Below are positions 27,901 to 42,100 of a stretch of DNA of 64,000 nt, piece after piece. The DNA lies in contig OZ037765.1 of assembly GCA_964035545.1 (NCBI GenBank), positions 11,604,698-11,668,697 on the forward strand, given 5' to 3'. Positions within the stretch are counted from its first letter, which is position 1. Each line of letters opens with the position of its first letter. The position numbers and the translations under genes were made by a program. This stretch comes from Bugula neritina. Taxonomy: Eukaryota; Animalia; Bryozoa. The notes beneath the pieces are model-generated. The model worked only from the letters and a program-made list of their open reading frames with translations, did no database searches and was not told the origin of the DNA.

Positions 27901-30900
27901 TACATATTAGGTCATTATTTTATTTAGTTCTCATAACTCAAGTTTAGCTGATTTGGTGTCAAAAATATCATTATGACAGAGGTCTATTTATTTGATATTT
28001 CCATAAGAAATTTTTGTTGTGAATTATTCTATAATGCTTTGTATGCATATAATATACTCTACCGCATTGGATCACTATTGTAAATAACTCTATAGCTACA
28101 TCAGAAATGATCTTATCTAATCAAAGCTATTATTATGCGTTGTGCCAGGAACTATTAGAATCTTCATACTTTTCTTTTCATCTGCAGGAACATTCCCACA
28201 GTTAGTTATAACAATTCTAAAGACTATTCCAAGTACTAAAGACACAGCTAAGATTGTGGACTGGTTCTTTATTGCCCTGTTACCCAATTACAATATGGGG
28301 TCTGGTATATCCAACCTTTACACCAACTATCAATATATGGATCTCTGCTATAATGAGCTGCCCAAGTGGGCAAATAAGACGGCAGGAAAGGAATCTCTGG
28401 ATGCTATATGTGACCAATATTCCAGCTTTGTCTCCATTCCTTGTTGTAAAAGTGAGGAAACATTAATACATACCTAAATTTTTGTAAATTTGCTATGCAG
28501 TGAAAATATGACAGAACTTTCATTGCAAATAAAACCCCCAGTAAGATGTTATCATTAAAAATAGTGTCGAGGTAATGTTAATAGGTGACTAATCATTTAT
28601 TGAAATTTTTTGTAGATTGCGAAGACAACTGTATAGTTTTTCAAGAAAATTATTTTGCGTGGGAGAGTCCAGGACTGGGCAAGCCTTTAGTATTTTTAGC
28701 TCTTCAATTCTTCCTGTTCTGGTCTATTGTGGTGTTGATTGAAAGTGAAATACTGATCAAGTTGTTCTATCATATTCGACCAAAGCTTCTCATCACCCCT
28801 GAAATGTAAGTAGAAGGAGTTACATGAAACAGTAAATTTAGTAAAATGTAACCTTCTATTACTTTGAACTACAAGCAAAATTGGTCATAATAAGTTTGGC
28901 CTGAAGGTTTGCATAGCGTTTTGTAAGTAAGACTTTTCATATAGCTTAATTTAGATCTTAGTTCTTATGTTAGTATGCCTTTAAATGTGGTGCATAATGA
29001 ACCATTCTAGGGATTTGCTGGAGAGTGATGAAGATGTGAGAAGAGAAAGAGAAAGTATTCAGAACATGTCTGCCTTAGTAAATGGTGATAATCAAGTTAT
29101 TATTTCTGGCCTCACCAAGTACTACTCTGCAAATAAAGCAGTGGATGACTTGTATGTAGCCATACCTAAAGGAGAGTGCTTCGGCCTGTTAGGTATTCCT
29201 ATGCTTATATTTCAGCAATCATGATTTTTTTTATTGTATAGGAGTTGTCATCGTGGGTTAACAAGGCTTGAAATGACAACAAAATTACTATATAATTATG
29301 TGTAATGCAGGTTCAGGTACCTTCTGCTCAGTTAACCTGGCTCAGTTTTTCTTATATCTACCAATTAAGCTAGCGATAAGATGTTATGCAACTTTTTTCT
29401 ATTTACAAGCTACTAGCATTTGAATATAGACCTACTTGAACGTATATCTAATCTAAAATATGCAAATTACTCAAATGCTCTTGATGCATGTTCTATGCCT
29501 AATAAATAAAATGAACTTTAGCCAGCAATTTATGTAACTGTCTTTTAGTACTTAGTTGATCACGTTATTCAATGGTTGTGTTACTCATTCGAGTAATCTG
29601 TAATCGTTCTCAAATATTTTTTCATTTTCTGCTTCACCATTAATCATTCTTTTATAAATTGTAGTTACTTGATGCTAATAATTCTTATAATATATTCAAC
29701 AAATCTTTTCTTTCTTTAGATTGTCAATTATGATGTTTTATTGTCTGAAAACAGGTGTGAATGGAGCTGGTAAAACAACTACCTTTAAAATGCTGACTGG
29801 AGATGAAACCATATCCGGTGGAACTGCTTACATGGCTGGACAGAATGTCAGAACAGATATTCATGAAGTACAGAAGTCTATAGGCTATTGTCCCCAGTTT
29901 GATGCATTGATTGACCAAATGACTGGAGAGGAGATGCTGTATATGTATGCACGTCTGCGTGGTGTTCCGGAAGCTTCTATTCCTCCCATCGTTGACGATC
30001 TTCTTTCTGCACTGCTACTGAATAAACATAGAAATAAGCTGACTAAAGATTACAGGTGAGGGGAGGTACTCTCTCTATGTCAACTGGAGGAGTACTTCTG
30101 TAGCTTTAAACTTCCTTTTTCAAAATTAGCTACAGCACAGGTTATAATTGGCAAGATTGCTTGGCTTCCATAACTGAAATATCGTGGCTTAGTTTAGGGT
30201 TGTATTCAAAAAACATATTTTCGGTATTTTTATGGAGAATTGGTTGTTTAAATATAATGTTATGATGCAACTTTTATTTCAGTGGACTTGTAATTTTATA
30301 ATTAGATACTCTTATATTTTATAGCATCAAAGTGTATTTTTCAATATAATTCTTTTAAAGTTGGCTTATTCAGTAACAACCAAAACTGAATATATTGTTA
30401 TCCGACCGCTGGATTTTACTTTTGAACACGTTCAGTGGATAATTTTATTCTTCTCTGGACACCCAGTTAAACAGTAAACTCTTGGTATTGTGGAAGTTCA
30501 TGTACACAGTATTATTATAGTTGTATGGTACATCACTTTGTGATAGTTGTTACCTTTATAAAGCATTTTAGTTATAACAATATTTTTGTTTTTCAATACT
30601 CATAGCTGACATGCTGATAAAACACACCATGCAAAGATTTCTTTATGAACATCCCATTATATTAAATTTGATTTCACTGTTCTGTAATTACATATGTTTA
30701 CCCTATCTATACGCAAGGTAAATGCAGCACAAAACATGATGAAACGAGTTTATGTTTGTAAAACTATTGAAGCTTGATGATTTCTAGGATCTAGTGTAGT
30801 ATTTTATAACACCCAAGGCAACTGTATGACTTTACACCGCTTTATTGAATTCTGGTTTTACTATTTACATCTTTGACTTAGCCTTTCATTGTTTATACTG

Positions 30901-32170
30901 TTTTATTTGCTAACAGTGGAGGGAATAAAAGAAAGCTGAGCACTGCTATAGCATTGATGGGAGATCCACCAATAGTATTTCTGGATGAACCGACTACTGG
31001 AATGGATCCTGTAGCCAGGAGGATGTTGTGGCAGGCTCTGACTCAAGTGAGGGAGAGTGGTAAAACTCTTATCCTCACGTCTCACAGGTGTGGCCTCATA
31101 GTAATAATTGATTGCATTGACTTTTATATATCTCATCATTTTGAATTAGTTTTGTTAGTGCAGATGCTATGGTAACAGCTGAAGCAAATTGTAATTTTCT
31201 CTCCACTATCTGTTTTAAATGTTTACATCTGAGCTAAAATATTGACACTAGCTAGAGTTATTGAACACATCTATCTCAACCACAGAGTAAAGAGAAAATA
31301 TTAAAAATCGTTTTATAATGTTTTATTTTAATGAAATGTTTGAGATGGACTGCTACAAGTTTCCATTCATCAGACATCAACTACTAGCTGATATAATTAT
31401 TAGGAAATTGGTTAATAACTGAAAAGCTAGTTTGGTAAAACTTGTTGGTCACAATTTGTGCTTTAGCATGGAAGAGTGTGAGGCGTTGTGTACCAGAATG
31501 GCAATAATGGTGAATGGCAAGTTTAGGTGTCTTGGGAGTACACAACATCTGAAGAACAAGTTTGGAGCTGGATACACTCTAATAGCTAGAGTTAGTTACC
31601 CTGCAGATGGATCTCTGCCTGATATTGAAGCTGTAAAATCCTTTGTTGACGAGGAATTCCCGGGTTCTGTCCTCCAAGATAAACACCAGAATCTCGTTCA
31701 GGTATGCCTATGATGCATAGCATGTTGGTTTGTATAATTTGTGTTTTGTGACACCTGTATTAATTGAAGATTGTCATTCCTAATTTTTTCCAATAAATAG
31801 TGGTGTAATTGTATTTATATATTCTTTATTTAATGTTATTAATTCTTTCCGAAACAGCTTCTTTCCTTCTGCACACAAGTTTTATTTATTGTAGTATCAA
31901 ATACCTAAGGAGGGTAGTTTGTCCTGGGCTAAAGTGTTCCAGACAATGGAAGACAACAAGGCTCGACTCCACATTGAAGATTACCTAGTGAGCCAGACTA
32001 CATTGGAACAAGTGTTTATCAACTTTGCTAGAGCTCAAATAGATCCCGTCGATGTGTCCAATGATTGTGGGAGAAGATTTAGACGAAGCTGCTGTGTGTG
32101 CTGTATTCCAGAATACATAGTAGCTCCTGTATCTCAATATAATGATGTCAGTGTTAATATGTCAATTTAA
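15937..32170 (+). CDS. ABC transporter subfamily A, ABCA3-like, copy 1 (about 1758 aa). Exons: 15937-16252, 16390-16537, 17752-17882, 18135-18391, 18508-18630, 18748-18868, 19188-19361, 19883-20064, 20188-20349, 20436-20538, 21436-21590, 21806-21961, 22461-22671, 22772-22870, 23318-23468, 23880-24004, 24339-24365, 25262-25494, 25802-25948, 26232-26569, 26831-26976, 27683-27835, 28188-28451, 28616-28805, 29011-29192, 29755-30055, 30917-31087, 31467-31701, 31895-32170
   Basis: N-terminus [15 protein letters not shown] and RFPYPPY. NBD1: [37 protein letters not shown]2: [40 protein letters not shown]-terminal [10 protein letters not shown]. Exon phases sum to an open frame. Confidence 0.93.
16567..17234 (-). 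mobile_element. 5'-truncated, degenerate RTE-clade LINE fragment in intron 2 of ABCA copy 1
   Basis: Minus-strand translation gives [11 protein letters not shown] (decayed F/YADD), FIYLG and [26 protein letters not shown] (RTE C-terminal motif). Candidate 9-bp TSD ATACAGTAT at 16558-16566 and 17235-17243. Confidence 0.82.
26725..26796 (+). pseudogene. tRNA-derived sequence (tRNA pseudogene or SINE head) in intron 20 of ABCA copy 1
   Basis: A-box TGGTGTAATGG and B-box GTTCGAATC at tRNA spacing. The acceptor stem is G:U-rich, the T stem is mismatched and the anticodon loop (TTGCAA) has only 6 nt. Confidence 0.75.
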
Positions 32171-32508
32171 AATCTGCTACCTGAATTGATATTTATTACC
32201 TGTGATATATTTTTCAAATGCACAATCCAGATTCTATCCAAATCTCTAGAAATGCAAAAAGCTTTTATAAACTCAGTGTTGTGATTTGACCTAATACGTG
32301 TTTATTTTGTTGCTCTTTTTTTGCCATCACATATTTTTTTATTATAATTATAGGTAATTCATTCACTTAAAATTAGTAATTATGTTATATCATAAACATA
32401 ACTATAATTCCATTTTACATATTTTCATGATTTTCACTTAGATTAAATTTATTTTGTTTACTTTTTATTTTTAGTACAAATTTTAAATGAAGTCACTTAT
32501 TCTTTTCA

Positions 32509-32514
32509 AATAAA
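32509..32514 (+). terminator. Putative polyadenylation signal of ABCA copy 1
   Basis: AATAAA about 340 nt after the stop codon. Confidence 0.4.
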
Positions 32515-32620
32515 GTTCTTTATAATCAATTAGTAAAATAATATTAACTTTATATTGTGTTACATGATTTACCACAGTTGTCATTACGAAATACTGAAGC
32601 AGATAAAAGTTTATATAAAT

Positions 32621-32657
32621 AAATATATATATAAATATTTAATTATATATATAAATA

Positions 32658-32692
<35 letters not shown>
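32621..32692. repeat. (TA)n microsatellite with a duplicated ATATATATAAATATTTAATT unit
   Basis: Read directly from the sequence. Confidence 0.9.
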
Positions 32693-32694
<2 letters not shown>

Positions 32695-33649
32695 AGTAGC
32701 TGCAAGATTATTCTACAAGTATTTTTATTTAAACAGTCCACCATTGCATTATAGAAATATTAAATGTGTATGACTGTTTTCAATAGCATTAAAAGAATCT
32801 CAATCCGATGTGTACATCATTTATGATGTACTCCAAAAATTCCAAACCAACCAGATAAAAATTATATTAGTAAAAATATTAGACTTGAAGAAATTACTAA
32901 AGGGTTCAACAGAAAAACAAAATAATAGTTCACTAAGCTTGATATGTTGCACTAAGCATATAAACAAAAGAAACAAATATGCAGCATGTACAACTATGAT
33001 ATTTACGGTAGCAAAATATAATAAGCGATTCACTATTTATGAATACCGTCATAAATGGGCAGATTAGGTTAACTTGAATTTGTATACATGTTATATACAA
33101 GTTAATTGTCGGTTAATTTGTACATCTACAGAAATCTAGTTTAAAATTTACAAATAAAACCTGGTAATTTTCTTGGTGAAATAATTATCATGAAGTATGT
33201 GCAAATGAAAAACATTATGAAGTCAAACTTGCACGGTAAACTTCCAAGTATGAAAAAATGCCATATGCATACTTGGCATACCAAAAATATATCATGAATT
33301 TTATATAGATACCAAACTCTTGATAGGAAGTTTTCTTCTTAGATAACGCGTGCTCACAACTTCCGCGCAAGTAATTCACAAGAGTAATTAGTCCCAAGTA
33401 CATGTGTGGAAACACTTTTCAGGCTATTATTCTGTAGTGGTAATCACTCGGGTGACATTCTAATTCTCATCTTTGTACCAACAGAGAGTGTATAGTCGCA
33501 GAACCTTTTAGAAAATGCTCCAGTAATCTGCAACTCAGGTATTATTTTAGTATTTGTAGTAGGTTAGTGTTGTTTATATCACTAAGAATGAAAAAAATTT
33601 GTTTTTTTTAATTTTATTGGTGAATTTTCATTTATTTGACTGCACGTGT

Positions 33650-33930
33650 AGCCTAACTTTCACTTTCACTTTCACTTTGAGACCAAGTTGCAGCTTGAGT
33701 TTCTCTAAACAAAAATTATTACAATATTTCATTTTTATTTGATTTTAACTCAATTTGCTCACATACACTGTTTTTAAAATTGGATTCAGTGTTTTTTTTT
33801 ATTTGATGTTATTATGTGTATACTGTGTATACTATAGTGTATAACTGTAAGGTAAAGTACAGTGTAAACTAACACTGTAAGACTAAGAATAAGACTAAGT
33901 GTAAACTAAAACTTTAAAATGTAAAGGGAC
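33650..33930. repeat. Degenerate 6-bp-periodic ACT/AGT tract upstream of ABCA copy 2
   Basis: ACTTTC ACTTTC ACTTTC ACTTTG, then AGTGTA AACTAA CACTGT AAGACT AAGAAT AAGACT AAGTGT AAACT. It follows donor-like sites at about 33539 and 33563. Confidence 0.6.
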
Positions 33931-36117
33931 ACTTAAACTAGTAGATCTTCATGTTATATTTTTAATTTGAAGCAGCTAACAATTGCCTTTTTGATTATAT
34001 AATAGTTGTTATATTTATAGTAATTTTTATTACTATTGGTGTTTTTACTAACTGAGTTGCAATAGGTAGTTAATTTTACCGTAATTATCACCACCATTAT
34101 GATTATATTAACTTTAAGATCATCATTACTAATTGATTAAGCTTCTAAAGTCTAAGCTTATTATTAAATAGTAAAATCTAAAATCACTTTTGAAAATTAG
34201 TTGAAATCACAATTTTCAAGTTTAATGGCTAGATTAATAAGATTATGGTAATGGTTTAAACAAAAAAGTACAGTTAGCTAGACCATACTGGCCATACATA
34301 TATTTGGAATAACAAAGAGTTTCTGAAGTTCTACCGTGTATTTCCGTGTTGTTATTCGATGTAACTTGGTATAATTTTTGTTTTTTTTTCACCAACATTG
34401 ACAAAATCATTGCCTTGAATGTACGAATATATCAAGTAGGGTTTTGAAGTTGTTTTCAGCAGTAGTAAATCTATTGTCTAGACTATAGTTGGTTGTATTT
34501 AGTTTGCTGTTTATAAAAAAAGTTGAGTTGGTGTTCCTAACAATTACATCTGGGTAACTCATAAAGTAAAACTGTTAGTTAGTTAGCTTTAATTTTGCTG
34601 GAGTGTTGGCATTAGCTATGATGTCATAACTAGCAGTAGCCACACCCAGTTATCAATTGTAATTTCTGGTATATATTTTGTGATAGTGGAAATTCTATTT
34701 TTGGGTTTCTTAGCTATAATGTTTTTGTTCACTAGAATATGCTAGCCTAGTCTTTAATTAGTTGAACAAAGGCTAAGGTGGATAAAATCGTGCATTTGAA
34801 AGTTGCTTTGTTGGCTAACTTTTAGCCAGGTAAAGAAAAGCTAATTTAAAAAGTTATGGCTCTGTCAAAAAATTAAAATTCAGCATCTGTCATCTTTGAC
34901 TGATTTAGTCCAAATTTAAATTCTATGTAATATTATGAAACGAAGTATAGTAGTGGTTGTCGATACTAACTTTGACGTATTCTTGATCAACACTTTCATT
35001 TGGTAGCAAGAATTTTTAATTCTATGATAGAAACACAAATCTTAATTTAAAATTAAAAATGAGAAAATAAAATATGCATGTTTGACCTGATGGATTGTGT
35101 GATAGTAGTTTACTCATGTGATACTATGTTTATCATAGCCACCTTGTTTTACCTACTCAAAGTAATCAAATAATGCTATTTTACTTCATTACATTTAAAA
35201 TTTTATATATATTTTAAGTGTGATCTTCACTTTCTACAGCTTAACTTTATTTAGTCATTATTGAGACTGGCACAGATACACCCATTATTTTTAGATGATG
35301 ATTTTATTTTTCAATGTGATGTGAATGTGCTTCAATCTATACATCTCGATATTGTTTTGGCGCTTGCACTTGAACGTACATTTAATTGTAGGTGTCCTTT
35401 AAAAACTGCATGATTGTATGCTATTTCCCAAAAAGAGTGTATGTCATAGAATACGAATATATTACAGATGATTAGCCCTATACTTATTCTGTAACGTTGT
35501 CAATATGATAGTTATAATATTTGTGTACAGTTGTTACGTTTTTATTGATTCATGTATATATATATCAGCAGCAGTGATGACATACTATGTTACTCTATAA
35601 TGGCCGTCATAAATCAATATATGCTACCAACTCATTGAAAATCAACAGCCATAGATTGTATGGAATTATTTATAATCCATCTTTTCATTATTTAAGTGGC
35701 ATTTTGGCATCTTTATACCACTGGTATACTTTATTTCTTATTTTTATTTATGTTAACAAAATATCATGTCTTTCTTTTCCAAAGATGTTTTCAATTTGAA
35801 TATATAAAATACAAGCCAAGCTGCAAAAACAGTAAGCGGAGGTTGCTGACCTATGACAGCAAGTTAACTACTTGAACCGTAAATCTGTCCTTATATCTAG
35901 CATTCTGCATTTAACCAAATCACATAATGCTAAAACACCAATACAAAATTTTGTACATTTAATACATTTCTGGGTGGTACATATTGATATTCTTTGCTGT
36001 AGCTAAAGTGTAGTAAGTAAGGGCCAACTAGTTTTATATAAATATAGTTGAATTATATTATTGCATTTTGTTAAATATTATTTCATTGCACTAATACAAT
36101 ACTTTTTATATTTCAGA

Positions 36118-39100
36118 ATGTCTTCTATAGTAACACAGTTTTACTTGTTGCAATACAAGAGCTGGAAGCTTCAGCTGCGGAAAAAAGTCGTGACGCTGTT
36201 TGAGATTTTAATCCCCGTTTCTCTGTGCTTGTTGATGGTGTCAATCAGAACTCTAGTGAAGGTCAATGAATATCCTGACCCCACCTACTTTCCTTCTTAT
36301 TCTATGGACAGCATTCCAGAATATTTAGTTGAAATTATGACGCCTCCAAATTCCAATTCCAGTTCCGCAGTCATTGGTGTGGCGTTCACTCCGAAGACTT
36401 CTATCACGAACAGCATTATGGCTAGAGTTCAAGGGTACCTGGTTGACCCTACCAACGGACCGGCAGTGCTCTGTAAGTACATTATCATCAGCAATTGTAA
36501 TAATTGTTGTGTGTGTTTTTTTTAATTTAATTCAAAGTTTTAAGATAAATAGACTAGACTAGCTCATGTTAATCACATCCACAACTTGTACTGCTTGCTA
36601 TGCTTGTGCTTTATCCTAAAGTTTTACTACAAGTCTAAATGTTGATTTTATAATATTCTTCTTCTATATTATAGTATGTTGCAATAAATGTAGCTCTATC
36701 TACTTTAGTACATGGGGCCGACACTGAAGAGGACATGGTAGAATATTTGACATTCAACAATGACAGTTTGAACATTGAGATGTTTTTCATCGCTGGTATT
36801 GTATTCAACGATCCTAAAACCTATGAAACGGCTATTCCCAAAAATGTCTCCTATACAATCAGGTAATTGAAATACATTTATGCTGATATGTTTTTCTATT
36901 GTTATATAATGAATTAGCAAGCTAAACAATAAGAGTTTTTTCATAATTTTTTTAAAGTTAAATTTGAAGGAGTCTCCTATGCTATATTCAGTTTTCCTTC
37001 AATATATGTAAGTTACTAGTAGTAAGTACAACTTGCTTGGAGCAGGCCTTATGTTACCTTTTGTCTAGCAGCTTTTAAATTATTCAATTAAGTAGCTCCC
37101 CCAGCATGAATGTAAGTATTTATATCTAAGTCAATCACGGTTGGTATGTTTTCTGAAGGCTGTGTGTTTTATATAGTATACTTGAGCCAACCAGTTTGCC
37201 AACTATCTATCGTTGTTTCTGATTTCAGCTAAGAAAGTTAACAAATACTTAAATAATTTTTATTGCAAATTACAATAAGTGTTACTAATTTGGACCTTCA
37301 TAGCATATTTTTTGCTAATGTAGTTTAATCAGCATAACTGCTCATAATTCATTAAGGGGTTAATTTTGTGATTAACAGAGCACAATTTAAAGATCAAATA
37401 TAATGGCATATATTTTAGATGCAAGTACAACTTGCGAACTGCTGGGGAAGTTGGTTCTGAATGGAATACACCTAAAGTGTATCCATCACTAATATTTCCA
37501 GGGCCAGCTGGTGGAAACTTTTCTAGTAGTCCCAGTACGATGCTTTGCTCGCTTATTGTAACTCAGTTGTGTGTTTTCTTGTGCATTTTATGTTGCAGCT
37601 TTGTGCTCTAGATGTTTTTGAATTTACACATCATAGCCGTTTTCATTATCTCTTCACGCAATGTCACACAATTTATGAGAAAATGTTATGGTGCTTTTTA
37701 ACTGCTGGGTGTTGTTTTAGTGTTGTATGATTTGCATCATTAAAAAAGTTATAAGTGGTTGTTCAAATGCCTGCTACGAAAATGAAATCAAAAAATAGGT
37801 GAAAACAGATTTCACATAAACCATAAAAGTGCTGTGACTTATGTATGTATTTATTTCATTATTTTAGATTATTACAATGAGAGTTTTCTTCCCTTGCAAC
37901 ATGCTCTTCACCGAAGTATAATAAAGGAGCTCAATCCAAGTGCAAATCTTGCTGAGGTGTCTACATATATGGAACGGTTTCCCTACCCACCTTACACCGA
38001 TGATTTTTTCCTCATTGTTCTTCAACTAAACTTTCCATTTTTTATCATGCTATGTATGATTTTCTTTGCCCTCAATATTCCTAAAGATGTCACAACAGAG
38101 AAAGAAAAGAAACTAAAGGTTTGTTTATACAGCTTGTGGCTATGAATATTGCTGCCGGAATATTTTCATATGTACCAAATGTGTTGCTTATAACACAAAA
38201 GCTGCTGTTTACAAGCATAGAGGCCTCAGCTTTTTAAGTACATATGTACTACACCGGCTCAGTAACAACATAGAGGACCTAATCAGTCAGTCTCTGCTTT
38301 ATAGTGCTTTACAAACCAACTTGGGGGTCTATCTTCATTGAGATGTTTTCATGAAAAATATGGATATGCATGTTTAGGTAATAAAAGTTTCAACACAAAA
38401 ATATTTAACTTACAAAAAATGTGTAGGCTATTTAATAGCGAAAACCCCATTTTGTGTGGAATTAGTTTGCAGTAAATCTTGTAAAGACATGTGCTTGCTT
38501 TTGGAATATTTTTAAATCCTAACTTGCTCAGCCAATCAGAATGTACTAGTTTTGAAAATGTCTGCTTAGAAGACTCTAGAAGTTCAAACATGCCATGTTT
38601 AAGGCATCAAAGGGTTCTAGAAATAGTCAAGAGACTGGAATTTTCGCAATAAAGTTCCAGTGTAGAAAGACCAGTACAGTTTGCTGCCATTCTGAATGTA
38701 CTTTTATGATTCACGTGGTGTTTTATAATACATCAAATCTTCAGCTACTTGGGTACCATATCTCTGTGTTGGTGTTTCAGGAGTCAATGAAAATGATGGG
38801 AATGGCCAACTGGTTACAGTGGTTGTCTTGGTTCACGAAATACTTTGTGTTTCTATTCTTCACAACTTTCCTAATGACATTGCTGTTATGCCCACCGTAT
38901 AAGGTACGCTGCAAAGTTTATTTATTTATAAATATATTTTGATATTTTCAAGATCTAATGGAAGTAAAATAGTAAATTTTTAAAAATCTAATGGATGTAA
39001 AATAGTAGTGTTGGGAGAATGTATTGGTAACGCAGGTTCCAGCCAACTTCAACGTCCTGACTAACTCCAACTTCCTGCTGATATGGCTGTTCCTCATGAT

Positions 39101-42100
39101 GTATGCCGTGTCTATTATCACATTCTGCTTCATGATCAGTAGTATCTTCAACAAAGGTATTATCCTGTCTTCTATTCTCACTTAGAATACGGCATCAGCA
39201 AATACACTAATTATATTTGGATAGTTTGTTCAACTCTGAAGTGTTAAAAAGTATTGATAAAAGAAATAATAATTATCAGAAGTGTTGATTAAAACTGCTG
39301 CATGTTATATAGTTCTATAAGTTCAACAACTGCAGCATCAGAAAGGATGTTATATAACCTGCCATCTCAGAGTAAATTGTGTATTGGTCAGCTCTATTCA
39401 ACGCTGCCAGGTCATTGTGAATATCTTAAGGTTATACAGGTCATACAGAATCTGTGGAAATAGATTTGTTGCTCTGTGGTATAGCATGATATACATGTGC
39501 TGTACTTACATGCTTTAAAACACTATTCACCCATTTGTCCACTTCGCTGATATAACACTAGTGGGAAAGTTATTTCATGCATTTACAGTTCTTACAAATT
39601 ATAAGATAACAATACAAATTTTTAAGCGCACGTGTTTTGACCTTACGTTGGTATTGTGTTAGTCGGCAAATGACGTAGATAATTGCAACAAATCGTTTAC
39701 TTATGTTTTTGTGCAACTCACACATATTCGTTGGTGCAAATGGACTAAGGCTCATGTAGACAAAGTAGACAGATTGTTTGATCAAAGCTATTATGGGCAA
39801 CCATCAGGTGAATGGATAATCAATGGTTCAATAGAAATAGTCAAGTGATACATGGGTCAGTATATGGAGTATTCAATAAACAATGCCAGTGTATTTTTGT
39901 TGTAAGGTTGACAACCAAGTGTTCAATATATATGCCGTGTTCATTGTTGGCACAGAAAGCTTAGCTATTTTAGCTTTAGTGTATGTTTTTTTAGTAGTTG
40001 TCTTCTCTACACAGCTCTAATGTGGGACAATTAACTGCCTGATCAGCTTGTATTAATATTTTCAAAATATAAATATTGGAATTGCTAGACATTTTTAGCC
40101 TCTAAGTTTCATCATTTCAGTCTGGCATGACAGAGTTTCTAAATGCAAAGCTCTAAATAACTTCAAACTAGGCATTTTTGGCTGTGACTCAGGTGTAAGT
40201 AAGTTCATGGGTGATTTTTACTGAAACACAGTTTTATTACTACCGTTTTAGCTCCTTATTTTATGAAAAGTCTTATAATGCTGGTCTGGTTTGGAAAATA
40301 ATTAGTCGTGTCTTTCCAAACTTGTGATTAAAAAAAAACATTTAACATATTCGAAATATTACACCAGTGTTGTTCTCGCTCAACGTGGTATAAAATCTTC
40401 CTCGTGATTTTCTCTTTTTCATATTTTGTAGCAAAATAATTTTACAGTGCTGGTAACTTGTTTGAACATTTTCTCTCAAATTTTATGTAGGACATACGAA
40501 TCTGGAACTTTGAAAATAACTTGCGTCATGTAGCCAATTCAATTATATTTAACATAGATAGTTGTATAGTGATGAATTTATGTTGTAGCAAACGCAGCTG
40601 CAGCTGCCGGTGGGATAATATTCTTTCTAAGTTATATACCATTCTCATCACTCTCTGAAAATTATGACAATTTATCCCGTCGAATCAAGCTACTCAGTTG
40701 TCTCGATCTCAACATGGCAATGTCTCTTGGCATGATTGTGATTGGTCGATATGAGGGAACTGGTGAGGAATTCATTATTAAAACTCTGTTTAATATACTC
40801 ACTGTCTTTTCTTGTATAAGTACATACAGATATCAGAGCATGCTCTTATTGTATACAAAATTTCATTAGTTTTTCTCAGGTTTGTAAACTCAAACAAAAT
40901 GCTCTTTAAAAGATAGAATTTAAAGTTCTATAGGAATATATCATGTTTTATGCTTAAGGAGTAATAGTTCACAGTAATATATGTATATGTGTGTGTGGGG
41001 GGGTCTTCGGAAAAGTCAACAGTTGTATGGCTTGTAAAATTTCTTGTTAACTTGATTGCTGAGTTTATTGCCTTTTTTGGGGAAAACAAGAAAAATGAGC
41101 TCAAATAAGTTCTTTGAGATAGTCATCAGTGCTTTTTGTCGTGTTTTTAATTGTTTACAGTTATATAATAGGCTACGTGGTTTTTAGTAAAATTAAGTTG
41201 GAAAAGAATACAAAAAAAATATTGTTAATCCAATTAGTTTTATGATTTAAAAAGAAAACAAAAAGAAACTTATCATTTCCTGTGTTTAGTTCAACGTCAT
41301 GATATTAAAACTAGTTATTCTCTTTTTAGGTACTGGAGTACAGTGGGACAACCTCAACCGTCCTGTAACAGTTGATGATAACATAACGTTTGGAAATATA
41401 CTATTCATGTTTCTGATAGACTCAGTTCTACACACACTTGCTATGTGGTACATAGACGCAGTGTTCCCTGGAACTTACGGCATTCCTCAACCCCCTTACT
41501 TCTTCGTCTTGGTTTGTCAAAATCTTATCATTTTGTTTATAATCAGACTCAGCTTCACTTACACTTATCTCATCTTTTTACTAACTAATATCTCTTAATA
41601 GTGTGTTCTCAGCATATATAGATCATTAGTGTGTCATTAGCAATTCACTAAAACCTGTATAATTAATAACTATAAATTTGGTCATCAAGAACTGCACTAG
41701 CCTGTATCAATTTTATTGAGATATTATCTCCATAAGTTTATATCTAAAAACAATATGCTACACATTTATACATAAAACCAATCTTGGTATCACAATAAAG
41801 TGTTACTGTTACTTGTATTGTTGGGATTCTGAATATTTCTAGCCTTCCTATTGGTGTGGTACTAAGCAAAGCTCATTTATTGTGAATCCCGGCTCGAAGG
41901 TGGATGTTGCCAAAATTAAAGACGACAGCTCTGAATATTTTGAAACTGAGCCTGTCAATCTGGATGCTGGTATACAAATTAAAAATCTCACCAAACAGTT
42001 CAAAGCTAAGGGAACTAACAAGGTTAGTATGCTTTCTTCAAAGTTAACTGAGTAGTTTAGATATTAAATGGTTTTTTATTTTTATATGTTTAGTTACAAT

